From the IMG/VR virus record IMGVR_UViG_3300036984_000055, positions 1 through 47,615 of that record: 47,615 bases of DNA. The stretch is one strand, 5' to 3'. Position 1 is the first letter of the stretch, and every line of letters begins with the position of its first letter. Below the pieces are notes generated by a model that was not told the DNA's origin, searched no databases, and was given only the letters and a program-made list of their open reading frames with translations. Shown here piece by piece: positions 8,013 through 18,097 of the stretch. The DNA comes from a virus (lineage: Duplodnaviria > Caudoviricetes). Made by a program: the position numbers and the translations under genes.

Positions 8013-8867
8013 TCACTGCAAGCAATCTACTGTTGTTGTCCACTCATTGCCCCAAGTATCACCAGAATGCTGTATAGTGTTTACTATAAACTGAGCTTTC
8101 TTATCAGGACTTGTTAGTGAATCAATCTGTACTCTATTATGTGGTTCAAGATATGGTCTAAGCAAACATTTTACTTGCCACCCTTGTTTTTTTGTTTTTT
8201 GTGGATCTGTTGGATCTGCATCTTCTATCATTACTGGTGAATCAAGCATACCTGTTTCAGAAGAGATTACATCTACTGGTAGTGAGTCACCTTTATTTTT
8301 TAGTGTGAACTTGATTGCATTGTTTTGAATAGAGAACTCTAGATTCAAATCCTTACATATTTTGTCTATAGCAACAATGCCTTGACCAGAGAATGAGTAT
8401 CCCTTTGAGTACATAATATCAACTACAGATTTTATGTCACTTGCACCCTTGTCTATTTTCATTTTGTCTACAATTGAGTTCAAACATTTTTTAGCTGAAG
8501 TACCAGGGCTAAATCCAAATGTTTGTGGTGTCCCATTTATTATGTCGTAACCATCTAGACACTCAAGAGTAGTAATCACATCTGGTGGCTTCTTACTATG
8601 CCATGCTCTAATGATTGACCCTTTAAATATTTCTTTCTCTTCGTCTTTATATCCTGCTCTAAGAATTACAAGACCTTTAATTGGTTGAACAAAATCTCTA
8701 GAATCTTTTGACAAGTTGTAGACTTCAATTTTAGCAGTGTTGGGAGTGAGATTAGTAGATTTTGTTTTTTTGATGTCAAACGTGATTCTGAGACCAGCAA
8801 TAGAAAGTGCTTCTGTAGCTTGTTTAGCACCAATTAAAAGAGAAGCACTTCTGTCAAATAATAGCAT
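8013..8867 (-). CDS. Baseplate hub protein
   Basis: LRITFDIKK...PNTAKIEVYNLS...LRAGY...IFKG...LECLDG...HSGDTWGNEW. Confidence 0.88.
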   Translation of the reverse strand: MLLFDRSASLLIGAKQATEALSIAGLRITFDIKKTKSTNLTPNTAKIEVYNLSKDSRDFVQPIKGLVILRAGYKDEEKEIFKGSIIRAWHSKKPPDVITTLECLDGYDIINGTPQTFGFSPGTSAKKCLNSIVDKMKIDKGASDIKSVVDIMYSKGYSFSGQGIVAIDKICKDLNLEFSIQNNAIKFTLKNKGDSLPVDVISSETGMLDSPVMIEDADPTDPQKTKKQGWQVKCLLRPYLEPHNRVQIDSLTSPDKKAQFIVNTIQHSGDTWGNEWTTTVDCLQ

Positions 8868-9309
8868 TTGATATTTCTATAACTTTGGGTACATAGATTA
8901 TAGCAACTCTTGCACCTAAGTCTGTTTCTTCTATTCTTGTGTAAGATCCTTTTTCATCAACAGGTAGAAGGTAACCAAAAGGTAGTTGAGATCTTGAGTA
9001 CATGTTTATGATTTCACTGTTGATTGAGATCTTGACACCTGTTAGAATTGGTTCATCATTATCATTAAAGATGTTTGTAGTCCAGTATTGACCGCGTTCT
9101 GACCATTGAAACTCAAATTGATATAGAGTGTTATCAAGAATAGTAGACTCTTTAAACCAAGGATATGATTGGAATGGGATTACAACAGCATTAGTGAGTT
9201 CTTGAGTAGTAGTAACTACTTGTTCTGTTAAATAAGGGATTGCTGGTCTTGGCAGCATCTCTCCCTTGTATTTTAATGCACCATATTTTGAAAACGCACC
9301 GTATGGCAT
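8854..9309 (-). CDS. Baseplate plug-like protein
   Basis: LDNTLYQFEFQWSERGQYW...PILTGVKI; precedes hub gene. Confidence 0.7.
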   Translation of the reverse strand: MPYGAFSKYGALKYKGEMLPRPAIPYLTEQVVTTTQELTNAVVIPFQSYPWFKESTILDNTLYQFEFQWSERGQYWTTNIFNDNDEPILTGVKISINSEIINMYSRSQLPFGYLLPVDEKGSYTRIEETDLGARVAIIYVPKVIEISNAII

Positions 9310-9317
9310 TTGTTCTC

Positions 9318-9974
9318 CTAAAACATTATAAGACTAGGTAAGTAATTAAATACAATCCCTTGATTACCACCATTATCTACAGAATTTCTAGCAAAAAACC
9401 TTGGTATCACAGGAGAAGTCGCACAAGCATCTATATCTTTGAAAGAAACATTGTTTACAGATGAATACCAAGGCATAAAAAATGTGTGTTTTGTACCTGA
9501 TGTTTTAGTGTAAAAAATAGAACCATCAAAACTACCAATTGACTGTATTGTTGTCGAACCACCAGTTGTTGGTAATTTTACACTTGAACTACAAGTTAGT
9601 TTATAAACAGTTGAAGCACCTGAGTTAAGAGACCAGTCTTTCAAACCTGAACCACTAAACTCAAGATAAGTAAAATATTGTCTAGGTATGAACTGTGTAG
9701 AACTACCTTTGTACTTTACTGTTCCGTTAGCACTTATGCTATATGTTGTATAAGAAGTAGATGAACCATATATCTCTAAAATAGCATCATCCAAAACAGA
9801 AACGCTACCACCACTTGAAAAATTCAAGTTGTAACATCTTGCTGTGTCTGTTGGATAAATACTAACAGTAAAAACTCCAACATTTACATTGTCGTTTTGC
9901 CCTGGGACTACACCACCATTCCATGTTGATGTTAATTTCCATTCACCGCTTTGCCTTGCTGCTATGTTAGCCAT
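9318..9974 (-). CDS. Putative fibre-tip / adhesin protein (beta-solenoid-like)
   Basis: SGEW...STWNGGVVPGQNDNV N-terminal motif; S/T/G-rich; directly after collagen fibre gene. Confidence 0.6.
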   Translation of the reverse strand: MANIAARQSGEWKLTSTWNGGVVPGQNDNVNVGVFTVSIYPTDTARCYNLNFSSGGSVSVLDDAILEIYGSSTSYTTYSISANGTVKYKGSSTQFIPRQYFTYLEFSGSGLKDWSLNSGASTVYKLTCSSSVKLPTTGGSTTIQSIGSFDGSIFYTKTSGTKHTFFMPWYSSVNNVSFKDIDACATSPVIPRFFARNSVDNGGNQGIVFNYLPSLIMF

Positions 9975-9975
9975 T

Positions 9976-12900
9976 TTAGAAACCCATTATGTAAGAAACT
10001 ACATCCCACTTGTTGTCTGTAGAATTATATACAAATCCCAAATAGTCTGTTTTGCTGCTACCAGAAGTTGTAGTAACAAATGGTAAAGAAGTAGATGCTC
10101 TAAAAACTGAATCATAAGTAATAGTTTGTTGACTAGCAGAATAAATTCTTATGATTAATTTTCTTCCATCTGTAGGTGAACCAACAGGAGCATTAATTGT
10201 CAAACTAGAAGTTAATGCTGTAAGATTGTATTGTGAGTATGCTGATGAATTAATTGTTAAACTAGAACAAGTACCTGTAGATCCTGATGTACTTGAAGAA
10301 CTAGGTCCAGTAACACCCTGAATACCAGTTGCTCCTGCAGGTCCACCAGAAGGTCCTGTTATTCCAAGGCCAGTATAACCTTGAGAACCAGTCTGTCCCT
10401 GTATACCCTGAATACCTTGTAATCCAGTCAATCCTCTAGCACCAGTTTGACCATCAACACCTGTTCTACCTATAAGACCAGTAACTCCCTGTATACCAGC
10501 TCCAGTCTGTCCTGTCAAACCTATTATGCCAGTCGCTCCTTGACTACCTTGTAGACCAGTAGCTCCCTGATTACCCTGTGCTCCTTGTGATCCCTGAACA
10601 CCAGTCGCTCCTTGTGTCCCTTGAACACCTGTTCTACCTTGAACACCAGTTTGTCCTTGAGAACCTACTGTCCCTTGAACTCCTGTTTGTCCCTGTATAC
10701 CTTGTACGCCAAGTCCAGTCAATCCTTGTGAACCAACAGTACCTTGAACTCCTGTATATCCAGTAGGTCCTACATTACCCTGAATACCCTGAACACCAGT
10801 AGAACCCTGAGAACCAGTTGTCCCTTGAGTCCCTTGCGTACCCTGTAGACCGGTATTCCCTTGAACCCCAGTTACACCTTGGTTACCTTGAGACCCCTGT
10901 ACTCCTGTGCTCCCTTGAACTCCCTGAATACCTTGTGTGCCTGTTGTACCCTGTACTCCCTGGTTGCCTTGAACTCCTTGAGGTCCCTGAACTCCTACAC
11001 CTGTCTGGCCAAGAGAACCTTGTATACCTGTTGCACCTCTTACACCAGTTTGTCCAACTTCACCTTGTGGTCCCTGAAATCCTAAAGCACCTGTAGAACC
11101 TTGAACTCCTACACCAGTCGCTCCTTGAACACCACCTACACCAGTTTGACCTTCAAGACCAGTTATGCCTTGTATACCTTGAGAACCAGTTACTCCTTGA
11201 ATACCTTGTGTACCTGTTGATCCTTGAACACCTGTTTCACCTACAGGACCTCCTGAAGGACCAGTAGAACCAGCTACACCTGTCTGACCATCAACTCCTC
11301 TTATACCAGTTTCACCTTGAGGACCACCATAAGCTCCTGTAGGACCAACAAGACCTGTTTGACCTTGTTCTCCAACACCAGTAGAACCTTGTAGACCTGT
11401 TTCACCTCTAAGACCTTGGATACCAGTTAAACCTTGGTTGCCATCGAGACCCTGAATACCTTGTGTCCCTTGAACACCAGTTGCTCCTTGTGTGCCTAAA
11501 CCAGTTGTGCCCTGAATACCAGCACCTGTTTGTCCTATAGGACCTTCAAGACCAGTTGCTCCTTGGTCACCTTGTGTGCCTTGGTTACCTTGGTTGCCTT
11601 GAGTACCTTGAACTCCTTGAATACCAGTTGTGCCCTGTATGCCTTGAGAACCTGCTTGACCTTGTAGACCAGTTAAGCCTTGAAGACCTTGAATACCTGT
11701 AGAACCAACAAAGCCTGTAACTCCTTGGAGGCCAGTCTCACCTAGTCCTTGTATACCAGTTTGTCCTTCTAGACCTGTTTGACCTTGTGCACCAGTGTAA
11801 CCAACACCTTGAATACCTGTAGAACCTCTTAAACCAGTTTGACCTTGTAGTCCAAAACCAGTTTGTCCTTGAACACCAGTAGAACCTTGTGCACCTTGTA
11901 CACCTGTTTGTCCATTTGAACCTGCAAGACCTGTTGTTCCTTGTGCACCTCCATTAATCCAACATCTTAAAACAGTGTCATCTGGCAAATACCCTTGTTG
12001 AGTAACACCAAGAACATCCCACTCATATCCATCACCATTTGAGTTATGAATTCTTGTGCTAAGTTGTAAAGTTCTTGAACCAACACCATCAGAATATGTT
12101 TGAAGTTGAATTACGCTACCAACAAGATCTAGTGCTTGAAAAATAGGACCAGCATCTTGGGCGTATGTAGAAGTCGGTAAACTAAAGTAAGAGTTACTAA
12201 ACCAAACACCTTTTATGTAATTGTTTGAGTCAAGTTTGAAAGAAACATATTTGCTATCTGGTTTAGCCCAAGTTCCACCGTATGCTATACCTTTAAACTT
12301 GAAGTACATACCAAGTGAACTACCATCAAGACCTGTTGCACCTTGAGGACCACCAAGAGGACCAGTCTCACCCTTCAAACCTGTAGCACCAATAAGACCT
12401 GTTGTCCCAAGACCTGTCACTCCTTGTAATCCTAATGTCCCTGTTGCTCCTGCTGGACCTATGAATCCTTGAATGCCTTGTAAACCAGTTTGACCTCGCA
12501 AGCCTGTTTGTCCAATAAGACCTGTTTGACCTATTGCTCCTGTCAGACCAATTGCTCCTGTCAGACCAATTATGCCTGTTGGACCTATAAGACCAGTTTC
12601 ACCTTGGATCCCTGCACCAGTGTGTCCTCTTACTCCTGTTTGTCCCTCAGGTCCTTGTAAACCAGTGTCACCTTGAGGACCACCATAAGCTCCTGTGGGT
12701 CCTAGTAATCCTGTTGCTCCTATTTCACCATCAATGCCTCTTATACCAGTAGCACCTTGGACACCAGTGTCTCCCATAGAACCAGCACCAGTAGGGATGC
12801 CATCTATTGAAGCCCAAGGTATTGTAGATTGACTTGTAACTAAACCAGAAGCTAGAGACACAAATCCGTCTGAGACATCTCTGAACTTTACAGTGCCTGT

Positions 12901-13230
12901 GACATCAAGATTAGCATTTGGGTTTGTGTTACCTATTGCAACGAAACTACCATTTATGAAAATAGGTGAGTTACCAAGAACTCCTGAACCAGTAGTGAAC
13001 TTGGCTACATAACCAGCAGAGCCTTCTGACTGTACAATAACTGGTACATCAGGTATGTTCTCCCAGAAAGGAGCAGTAAAGAAGTCTGACATTCTAGACC
13101 TAGTGATTACTTGATCTAGAATAGTGTCAATGAGAGAACGAAATAAAGTGTGTTCTCTTTCACCCCAAGGAGGGAGAATATCAACTGTGTTTAGAGTAAA
13201 GCCTCTATAAACTTCTGGTTCAATGGCCAT
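9976..13230 (-). CDS. Collagen-like fibre protein (tail/baseplate module)
   Basis: Two long G-x-T-G-[VLI]-Q tracts separated by a globular domain; C-terminal domain ...PTDGRKLIIRI...KTDYLGFVYNSTDNKWDVV. Confidence 0.9.
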   Translation of the reverse strand: MAIEPEVYRGFTLNTVDILPPWGEREHTLFRSLIDTILDQVITRSRMSDFFTAPFWENIPDVPVIVQSEGSAGYVAKFTTGSGVLGNSPIFINGSFVAIGNTNPNANLDVTGTVKFRDVSDGFVSLASGLVTSQSTIPWASIDGIPTGAGSMGDTGVQGATGIRGIDGEIGATGLLGPTGAYGGPQGDTGLQGPEGQTGVRGHTGAGIQGETGLIGPTGIIGLTGAIGLTGAIGQTGLIGQTGLRGQTGLQGIQGFIGPAGATGTLGLQGVTGLGTTGLIGATGLKGETGPLGGPQGATGLDGSSLGMYFKFKGIAYGGTWAKPDSKYVSFKLDSNNYIKGVWFSNSYFSLPTSTYAQDAGPIFQALDLVGSVIQLQTYSDGVGSRTLQLSTRIHNSNGDGYEWDVLGVTQQGYLPDDTVLRCWINGGAQGTTGLAGSNGQTGVQGAQGSTGVQGQTGFGLQGQTGLRGSTGIQGVGYTGAQGQTGLEGQTGIQGLGETGLQGVTGFVGSTGIQGLQGLTGLQGQAGSQGIQGTTGIQGVQGTQGNQGNQGTQGDQGATGLEGPIGQTGAGIQGTTGLGTQGATGVQGTQGIQGLDGNQGLTGIQGLRGETGLQGSTGVGEQGQTGLVGPTGAYGGPQGETGIRGVDGQTGVAGSTGPSGGPVGETGVQGSTGTQGIQGVTGSQGIQGITGLEGQTGVGGVQGATGVGVQGSTGALGFQGPQGEVGQTGVRGATGIQGSLGQTGVGVQGPQGVQGNQGVQGTTGTQGIQGVQGSTGVQGSQGNQGVTGVQGNTGLQGTQGTQGTTGSQGSTGVQGIQGNVGPTGYTGVQGTVGSQGLTGLGVQGIQGQTGVQGTVGSQGQTGVQGRTGVQGTQGATGVQGSQGAQGNQGATGLQGSQGATGIIGLTGQTGAGIQGVTGLIGRTGVDGQTGARGLTGLQGIQGIQGQTGSQGYTGLGITGPSGGPAGATGIQGVTGPSSSSTSGSTGTCSSLTINSSAYSQYNLTALTSSLTINAPVGSPTDGRKLIIRIYSASQQTITYDSVFRASTSLPFVTTTSGSSKTDYLGFVYNSTDNKWDVVSYIMGF

Positions 13231-13238
13231 GTGTTCAC

Positions 13239-13892
13239 CTACTTAAATATTGATGAAAAAGATGCGCCTATCTTGTACAGAATGCTGGCGCCTTGTTGTT
13301 TTTGTAATGTACTTGCTGGTGAAGTAGTTTGATTTGCTCTAGATGCTTTAGGTTTACCAGTTTTAGATGTATAATTTGCTGCAACTTTTTCTGTAGATAC
13401 TTGAGTTACTTCTTGAAGCTCTATAGTAAATCTAAGAACTTCTTGATTATCTTTGTTTCTAGGGATTGTAATACTCATCACAGCCATATTGTCATATGAC
13501 TTAAGTCTTGTAACAACAGTAATTAGTTTTCTAGAATCTCTGATATCCATTAAATCTTGAAATACAGCGTCTGTGAATTTTTTAGTTGGTTGTAGACTGT
13601 ATTTTAGTGTTCTTGCTATGAGAGCAGGATCTGGTAAAGGTAAAGGATAATTAGATACAATTGCTTCTATAGTTAAACGTTTTGGTTCGTTGAATATGTG
13701 ATCTGTTATTGTAGCACCAGTTTCAACAGGGAATTGAGTGATTTTTGAATTAAACTGGTGAGATTCTTCTATAGAAGCATCAAGAGTTATAGTATCTATT
13801 TTAGCTAATTTGGGTTTCTTGACTAACAAGTTTACAACACCAAGACCAACTGTTAGTGTAGGTGATAAAACTTGTTTTAGTGTTACAGCCAT
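13239..13892 (-). CDS. Dit-like / tail tube initiator baseplate protein
   Basis: LDASIEESH...ITQFPVETGATITDH...YDNM....I; follows tape measure. Confidence 0.85.
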   Translation of the reverse strand: MAVTLKQVLSPTLTVGLGVVNLLVKKPKLAKIDTITLDASIEESHQFNSKITQFPVETGATITDHIFNEPKRLTIEAIVSNYPLPLPDPALIARTLKYSLQPTKKFTDAVFQDLMDIRDSRKLITVVTRLKSYDNMAVMSITIPRNKDNQEVLRFTIELQEVTQVSTEKVAANYTSKTGKPKASRANQTTSPASTLQKQQGASILYKIGASFSSIFK

Positions 13893-13899
13893 GTGTTAC

Positions 13900-16530
13900 C
13901 TAACTTGCAAAAACTGCTGCTCTCATATGAGTTTGAAACACTTCTTCAGCTGACTCTTTTGCTGCTTTCTTAATGTAGTCAATTTGACTTGAAGCAGTCC
14001 CAGGAGGCACTGTCACGTTTATGTTTGTGTTGTAACTCACTGTCTTATTACTTGATGTTGTTGCATTTGTTGTTGTTGAAGTACTAGGACCTGTCAAAGT
14101 TGCTGGTGCTACACTTGATGGTAATGAAGAAACTAAAGGTGCAACACTAGATTTCTTTGTGATCTCTGGGATTTTAATTTCTTTGAGTCCAAACATGAAC
14201 CCAAATGTGTCCCATAAGAACTTCAAATTTGATATAACCTTTTCTATATCTTCAACAAGTGGTTTGAATGGAGAACCCTCTGCTTTAAGCGACTTGTAGA
14301 AATTCACTACAGCATTTGAGAACATGTCCCATATAGAACTTACAAATTCAATACCTTTTCTAAATGGCTCCCAAATAACTTCAAGTATTGGTTTTACTGC
14401 TTGATAGAAGAACTTAAACGTCTCTATTAAAGCAAGAAAGTAAGGCTCTATAAAAGTAAGTAAATCATCTAGATCTTTCTTGAACTTAACCCAAATCAAA
14501 TTAAGAGTAGCAATTGCTATAATAACAAATGGTTGTAGAACACCCCATATTTTGTCAAATGCCCACTTGAATGCATCATAAATAAGAACTACAATGTCTT
14601 TAGCTACATTGTAAATATCCTTGAAGAACCCTTTTAGAAACACCCAAAGTTCTTTTACATCTTTCTTAAACTTGTCAGGTCCTTCACCAGCAAGCATACC
14701 AAAGACAGATTTTTTGCCTTTGAAGAACGAATAGACATCATCTATAGCAAGTAAAAAGAACATTACTACAGCTGCTGTACCCAACATTGCAAGTCTAGCT
14801 TTAGTGAACCAAGCAATGAGACCTGTAAAGAATCCTTTTAGTTTACCTGGTGTGCCTTTGAAGAGATCTATAATTGGCTTGAAAATAGAACCAAACTTGA
14901 TTTTAGTAGTAAAGATAGATAGAAAACCAAGAACCCAACCACCAATTGTCTTGAAGAACTTAGAAAACATAGCACCAATCGTGCCAAAGAAACCTAGTTT
15001 CTTAGCTGCTGCTCCACCACCAGCGACACCAGCACCTGCTTCAGCAATAGTTAGACCTTCAAGTGCTCCTGTTTGTCTTACTATAGCTGTTGTTTCAGCG
15101 TTTCTTACTATTACTTCAGCTTCACCAGATACAGAGCGTTGTCTAGTAGCAACACCATTTTGTGCTACAGCTGCTGTATTTGCTTTTGTAAGTAGAGTTT
15201 TTTGTGCTTCTGCTTTAGCATATAGTGTGTTTAATGCAGCTTGTTTTGCAGTGTATACTGCTTCTTTCTTTTGAACTATAAGTTGAGCTTCACTCAACAG
15301 TGTTTGAGCAGCAACATATTCAGCATTTACTGCTAGTTGTGCTTCTGTAGCACCAACAGCTAACCACGTTTGTCTTGTTTGTTTAAGTTTAGCAGCTGCA
15401 TTTACTTCTGCTGCTTTTGCTGCACCTAGTGTAGATAAAGTTTCTTTTGTTTGAGCTTCTGCTAGTAGAATTTCTGATGCAAGAGCTTGAGCATCTACAG
15501 ATGCTTGTGTTTTTTTCATAGCCACATAAGTGACTATTTGAAAAATCACAGCACCAAATTTAGCAGCCAGTTCTACTAGTCCACCAATAAGAGTTATAAC
15601 AGGACCAGTAGCAGCAAGCACTGCTGCTGTAAAAAACGCCATTGGTCCTTTTGTAGTTTTTACTTTGTCTGTTAATTTCTCTATAGTACCTGCAAGAGAA
15701 TCTATGTAATCTTTTATTGGCACTATTCTTTGAATATAGTCACCAATTGCAATTCTTGCATCTTCTGTTGAGTTCTTTAGTTTACCCCAACTAGTTACTA
15801 TGAGATCATTCATCTCTTCTGTGTAATTAGCATGCTTTAAAGCAAGACGATCAAGAGCATCATATAAGTTCTTTTGAGTAATAAGCTCTAGATTAGAAGC
15901 TTCTAACTTGTCAAATGCATTAGGTCCATATTTCTTTAATTCAGGTAGATTCTTGAGTTCATCTATTAGTGGTTTGCCACCAAGTGCTCTAATAGATTTT
16001 ATGTCTATTTTTGCACCTGCTTGTAGTCTAGCAAAAGCACTCATTGCTTGATCTATTTTTTCAGGATCAAACAGAGTAACTTTACCTATAGTCTCTAGTT
16101 TACTTGCTATTTGATCTATAGGCATACCCATTTGAAGTAGTGTTTTTGAGTATGCCAACAAATCTTTATAGTCAAACAAGTTATTAGTAGACTTTTCTAA
16201 TATTTTAAGTTGACTATTTAAAGCAGCAAGCGAAGATTCAGCACTTTCTGTTGCACCAGTTTGATCTCTAATTAGAGTTAGAAGATCTAACTGCATCTTT
16301 TGCATCTTACCAGACATTATCGTAGAATTAACACCAAGAGCAACAAGCGGTGTTGTTACGAGAAGAGTCATCTTCTCGCCAAACTTCTTTATACCAGTAC
16401 CAACTTTTTCTAAACCCTCAAATGTTTCTTTTGTTTTACGATTAACGTCTTTAAGTTCTTGAGACAGTTTCCTCAGAGGACTTGAGTCTATTTGAAAACC
16501 TATCTTATGTACAAATTCAGATAGAAGCAT
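13900..16530 (-). CDS. Tape measure protein
   Basis: 876 aa, helical, Ala-rich with aromatic periodic repeats; downstream of tail chaperones. Confidence 0.88.
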   Translation of the reverse strand: MLLSEFVHKIGFQIDSSPLRKLSQELKDVNRKTKETFEGLEKVGTGIKKFGEKMTLLVTTPLVALGVNSTIMSGKMQKMQLDLLTLIRDQTGATESAESSLAALNSQLKILEKSTNNLFDYKDLLAYSKTLLQMGMPIDQIASKLETIGKVTLFDPEKIDQAMSAFARLQAGAKIDIKSIRALGGKPLIDELKNLPELKKYGPNAFDKLEASNLELITQKNLYDALDRLALKHANYTEEMNDLIVTSWGKLKNSTEDARIAIGDYIQRIVPIKDYIDSLAGTIEKLTDKVKTTKGPMAFFTAAVLAATGPVITLIGGLVELAAKFGAVIFQIVTYVAMKKTQASVDAQALASEILLAEAQTKETLSTLGAAKAAEVNAAAKLKQTRQTWLAVGATEAQLAVNAEYVAAQTLLSEAQLIVQKKEAVYTAKQAALNTLYAKAEAQKTLLTKANTAAVAQNGVATRQRSVSGEAEVIVRNAETTAIVRQTGALEGLTIAEAGAGVAGGGAAAKKLGFFGTIGAMFSKFFKTIGGWVLGFLSIFTTKIKFGSIFKPIIDLFKGTPGKLKGFFTGLIAWFTKARLAMLGTAAVVMFFLLAIDDVYSFFKGKKSVFGMLAGEGPDKFKKDVKELWVFLKGFFKDIYNVAKDIVVLIYDAFKWAFDKIWGVLQPFVIIAIATLNLIWVKFKKDLDDLLTFIEPYFLALIETFKFFYQAVKPILEVIWEPFRKGIEFVSSIWDMFSNAVVNFYKSLKAEGSPFKPLVEDIEKVISNLKFLWDTFGFMFGLKEIKIPEITKKSSVAPLVSSLPSSVAPATLTGPSTSTTTNATTSSNKTVSYNTNINVTVPPGTASSQIDYIKKAAKESAEEVFQTHMRAAVFAS

Positions 16531-16532
16531 TG

Positions 16533-16832
16533 CTATCTTCTTTCTCGTCTACGTTCATGACCATCCCATGGTTGTGCAACTTTGTAGACTAGTTCTCTTA
16601 TGTCATCTAGTTTTTCATTTACTCTTTCAAATTGATCATCATTTCTTTCAAGTTGTTTAAGAATAGGTTCTACAATTAAGTTGCAACGTTCGTCATGAAC
16701 TTCTTTAGTAAATTCTGTCTTTTCTGTATGCCCATTTGTAGATTTGCTATAGTAATTTTTTAAGAACCATCCTGCACCAACACCCATACCTGTGCTTATT
16801 GTTGCAAGTACTGTCGTAAGTTCTTGTGTCAT
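16533..16832 (-). CDS. Putative holin-like membrane protein
   Basis: N-terminal hydrophobic segment, coiled coil, basic C-terminus (WDGHERRRERR). Confidence 0.4.
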   Translation of the reverse strand: MTQELTTVLATISTGMGVGAGWFLKNYYSKSTNGHTEKTEFTKEVHDERCNLIVEPILKQLERNDDQFERVNEKLDDIRELVYKVAQPWDGHERRRERR

Positions 16833-17146
16833 TTTTTTACCTTCTCTAATTCAACTCTTTCTATTTGCGCTTTTATGTCTAAAATAGCTGTCATTCTAAG
16901 TGCATCATCGAAACTATAGTAAGTCTCTAACTCTTTTAGTGTTGCTAAACCTTCTATAACTAACCTGAATATCAAGAACTCATTTAGTAACTCTTCATCT
17001 ACTCCGTCAAGTCCTGAAGTTTTCTTCTTCGCTTCTTGCCTATTGATGACAAGTCCGTACCGTTCGAATTCATCTGTGGTAGGTTTGACGCTACTGACGA
17101 CTTCATCTGTTTCATTAGATTGCCAATAGCGTTTTTTCCGAAAAAA
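16829..17146 (-). CDS. Tail assembly chaperone, frameshift extension (gpT-like)
   Basis: -1 frame relative to 16999-17448; ATLKELETYYSFDDALRM; entered at slippery heptamers 17131-17146. Confidence 0.75.
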   Translation of the reverse strand, partial: FFRKKRYWQSNETDEVVSSVKPTTDEFERYGLVINRQEAKKKTSGLDGVDEELLNEFLIFRLVIEGLATLKELETYYSFDDALRMTAILDIKAQIERVELEKVKK

Positions 17147-17448
17147 CTGTTTGCATCTACTACCCATGCTACAACATTCAACAGATGAATGTATTCACCA
17201 GTGAAGAATTCATCGAACTTTATGGTATCTATTATTGAGTTGTCTCTTGATGTTTGTGCTAAAACGTCTACAATGAGCTGTATTGTTTTATCATCAAGAT
17301 TAGAAAGAAGAGCTTTAAAGTCGCCATCAAAGACTGGCCCTATTTGTTTAGCCAATCTAGTCATGAGTTTTAAAGCGTCTCTAGCTGGGAATTGAGTAGT
17401 AGCATACTCTATCCCATCTATTGTCTCTGTGATTGTCTTGCAAGCCAT
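16999..17448 (-). CDS. Tail assembly chaperone (gpG-like)
   Basis: Between tube and tape measure; IDGIEY...QFPARDALKL...FDEFFTGEY...NSFF; AGGAGG RBS. Confidence 0.85.
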   Translation of the reverse strand: MACKTITETIDGIEYATTQFPARDALKLMTRLAKQIGPVFDGDFKALLSNLDDKTIQLIVDVLAQTSRDNSIIDTIKFDEFFTGEYIHLLNVVAWVVDANSFFGKNAIGNLMKQMKSSVASNLPQMNSNGTDLSSIGKKRRRKLQDLTE

Positions 17449-17558
17449 CTGTCCTCCTACTAGCTTTGATTCTAGACCTTGGCTTATTACTGGCCCCAGT
17501 AACCATTGGTCAAGTTACTAGGATATGACGTAGACCTTTCTAGACACACATGAACAAA

Positions 17559-17593
17559 TCTAGTCCAGTAGTGTTTGGTACTACTGGACTAGA
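17559..17593 (-). terminator. Probable intrinsic terminator after tail tube gene
   Basis: Perfect 14-bp stem TCTAGTCCAGTAGT / ACTACTGGACTAGA, 7-nt loop, followed by TTTGTT on - strand. Confidence 0.75.
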
Positions 17594-17603
17594 CTGTTGT
17601 TCT

Positions 17604-18035
17604 TTACAGGTGAGGAGTGTTTCCACCAACAAAGATAGACAAATCTGTAAGAAAGATTTTCCACTCTCTGTTAGTAGCCGACTTAGACTCTTCTACTTTT
17701 GCAATCCTCTTGATATATCCCATTGCTGAGAACACTGCTGTAGTCCCAAGCAAATCTGATGCACCAAAAGGTTGAACTCCAAGTCCTGTTTGTTCATCAA
17801 CAAGTGCATAAGCAGTAAGCTTATCATTTGACGGTGACGTCTGAAGAAGAGTAAAAGTCGCAGTACCTGTCCTGTTGTTCGACTTAACTCTAGTTACTTC
17901 ACCATCAGCACCAATCACTTCTGAGAACATATCCTCATTGCGTTCGATATCGACGAAAGTACCATCAGCGAATCCAGCAATTGGAGTGACCCCAAATGTC
18001 AGGATTATCTTTTTAGGATCAACTGTATAAAGCAT
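17604..18035 (-). CDS. Tail tube protein (DUF3277-like)
   Basis: TVDPK...GFADGTFV...GADGEV...TFTLLQTSPSN..L...REW. Confidence 0.9.
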   Translation of the reverse strand: MLYTVDPKKIILTFGVTPIAGFADGTFVDIERNEDMFSEVIGADGEVTRVKSNNRTGTATFTLLQTSPSNDKLTAYALVDEQTGLGVQPFGASDLLGTTAVFSAMGYIKRIAKVEESKSATNREWKIFLTDLSIFVGGNTPHL

Positions 18036-18097
18036 CTCATCTCCCTTGTTTAAGTTTCGTAGTTTTCTTTGTCATCCTTATCTATGTTGATGACTTA

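Noticed and set aside
10300-12800. Collagen DNA repeats as a CRISPR array or DGR template
   Set aside because: Repeats follow 9/18-nt codon periodicity with synonymous variation, have no unique spacers, and there is no cas or reverse transcriptase gene
14804-15274. 156-aa antisense ORF in the tape measure, and similar ones at 7573, 20568, 21419, 23706, 35717 and 38976
   Set aside because: Antisense shadows of real genes with no RBS or motif, unlike the nested HNH ORF
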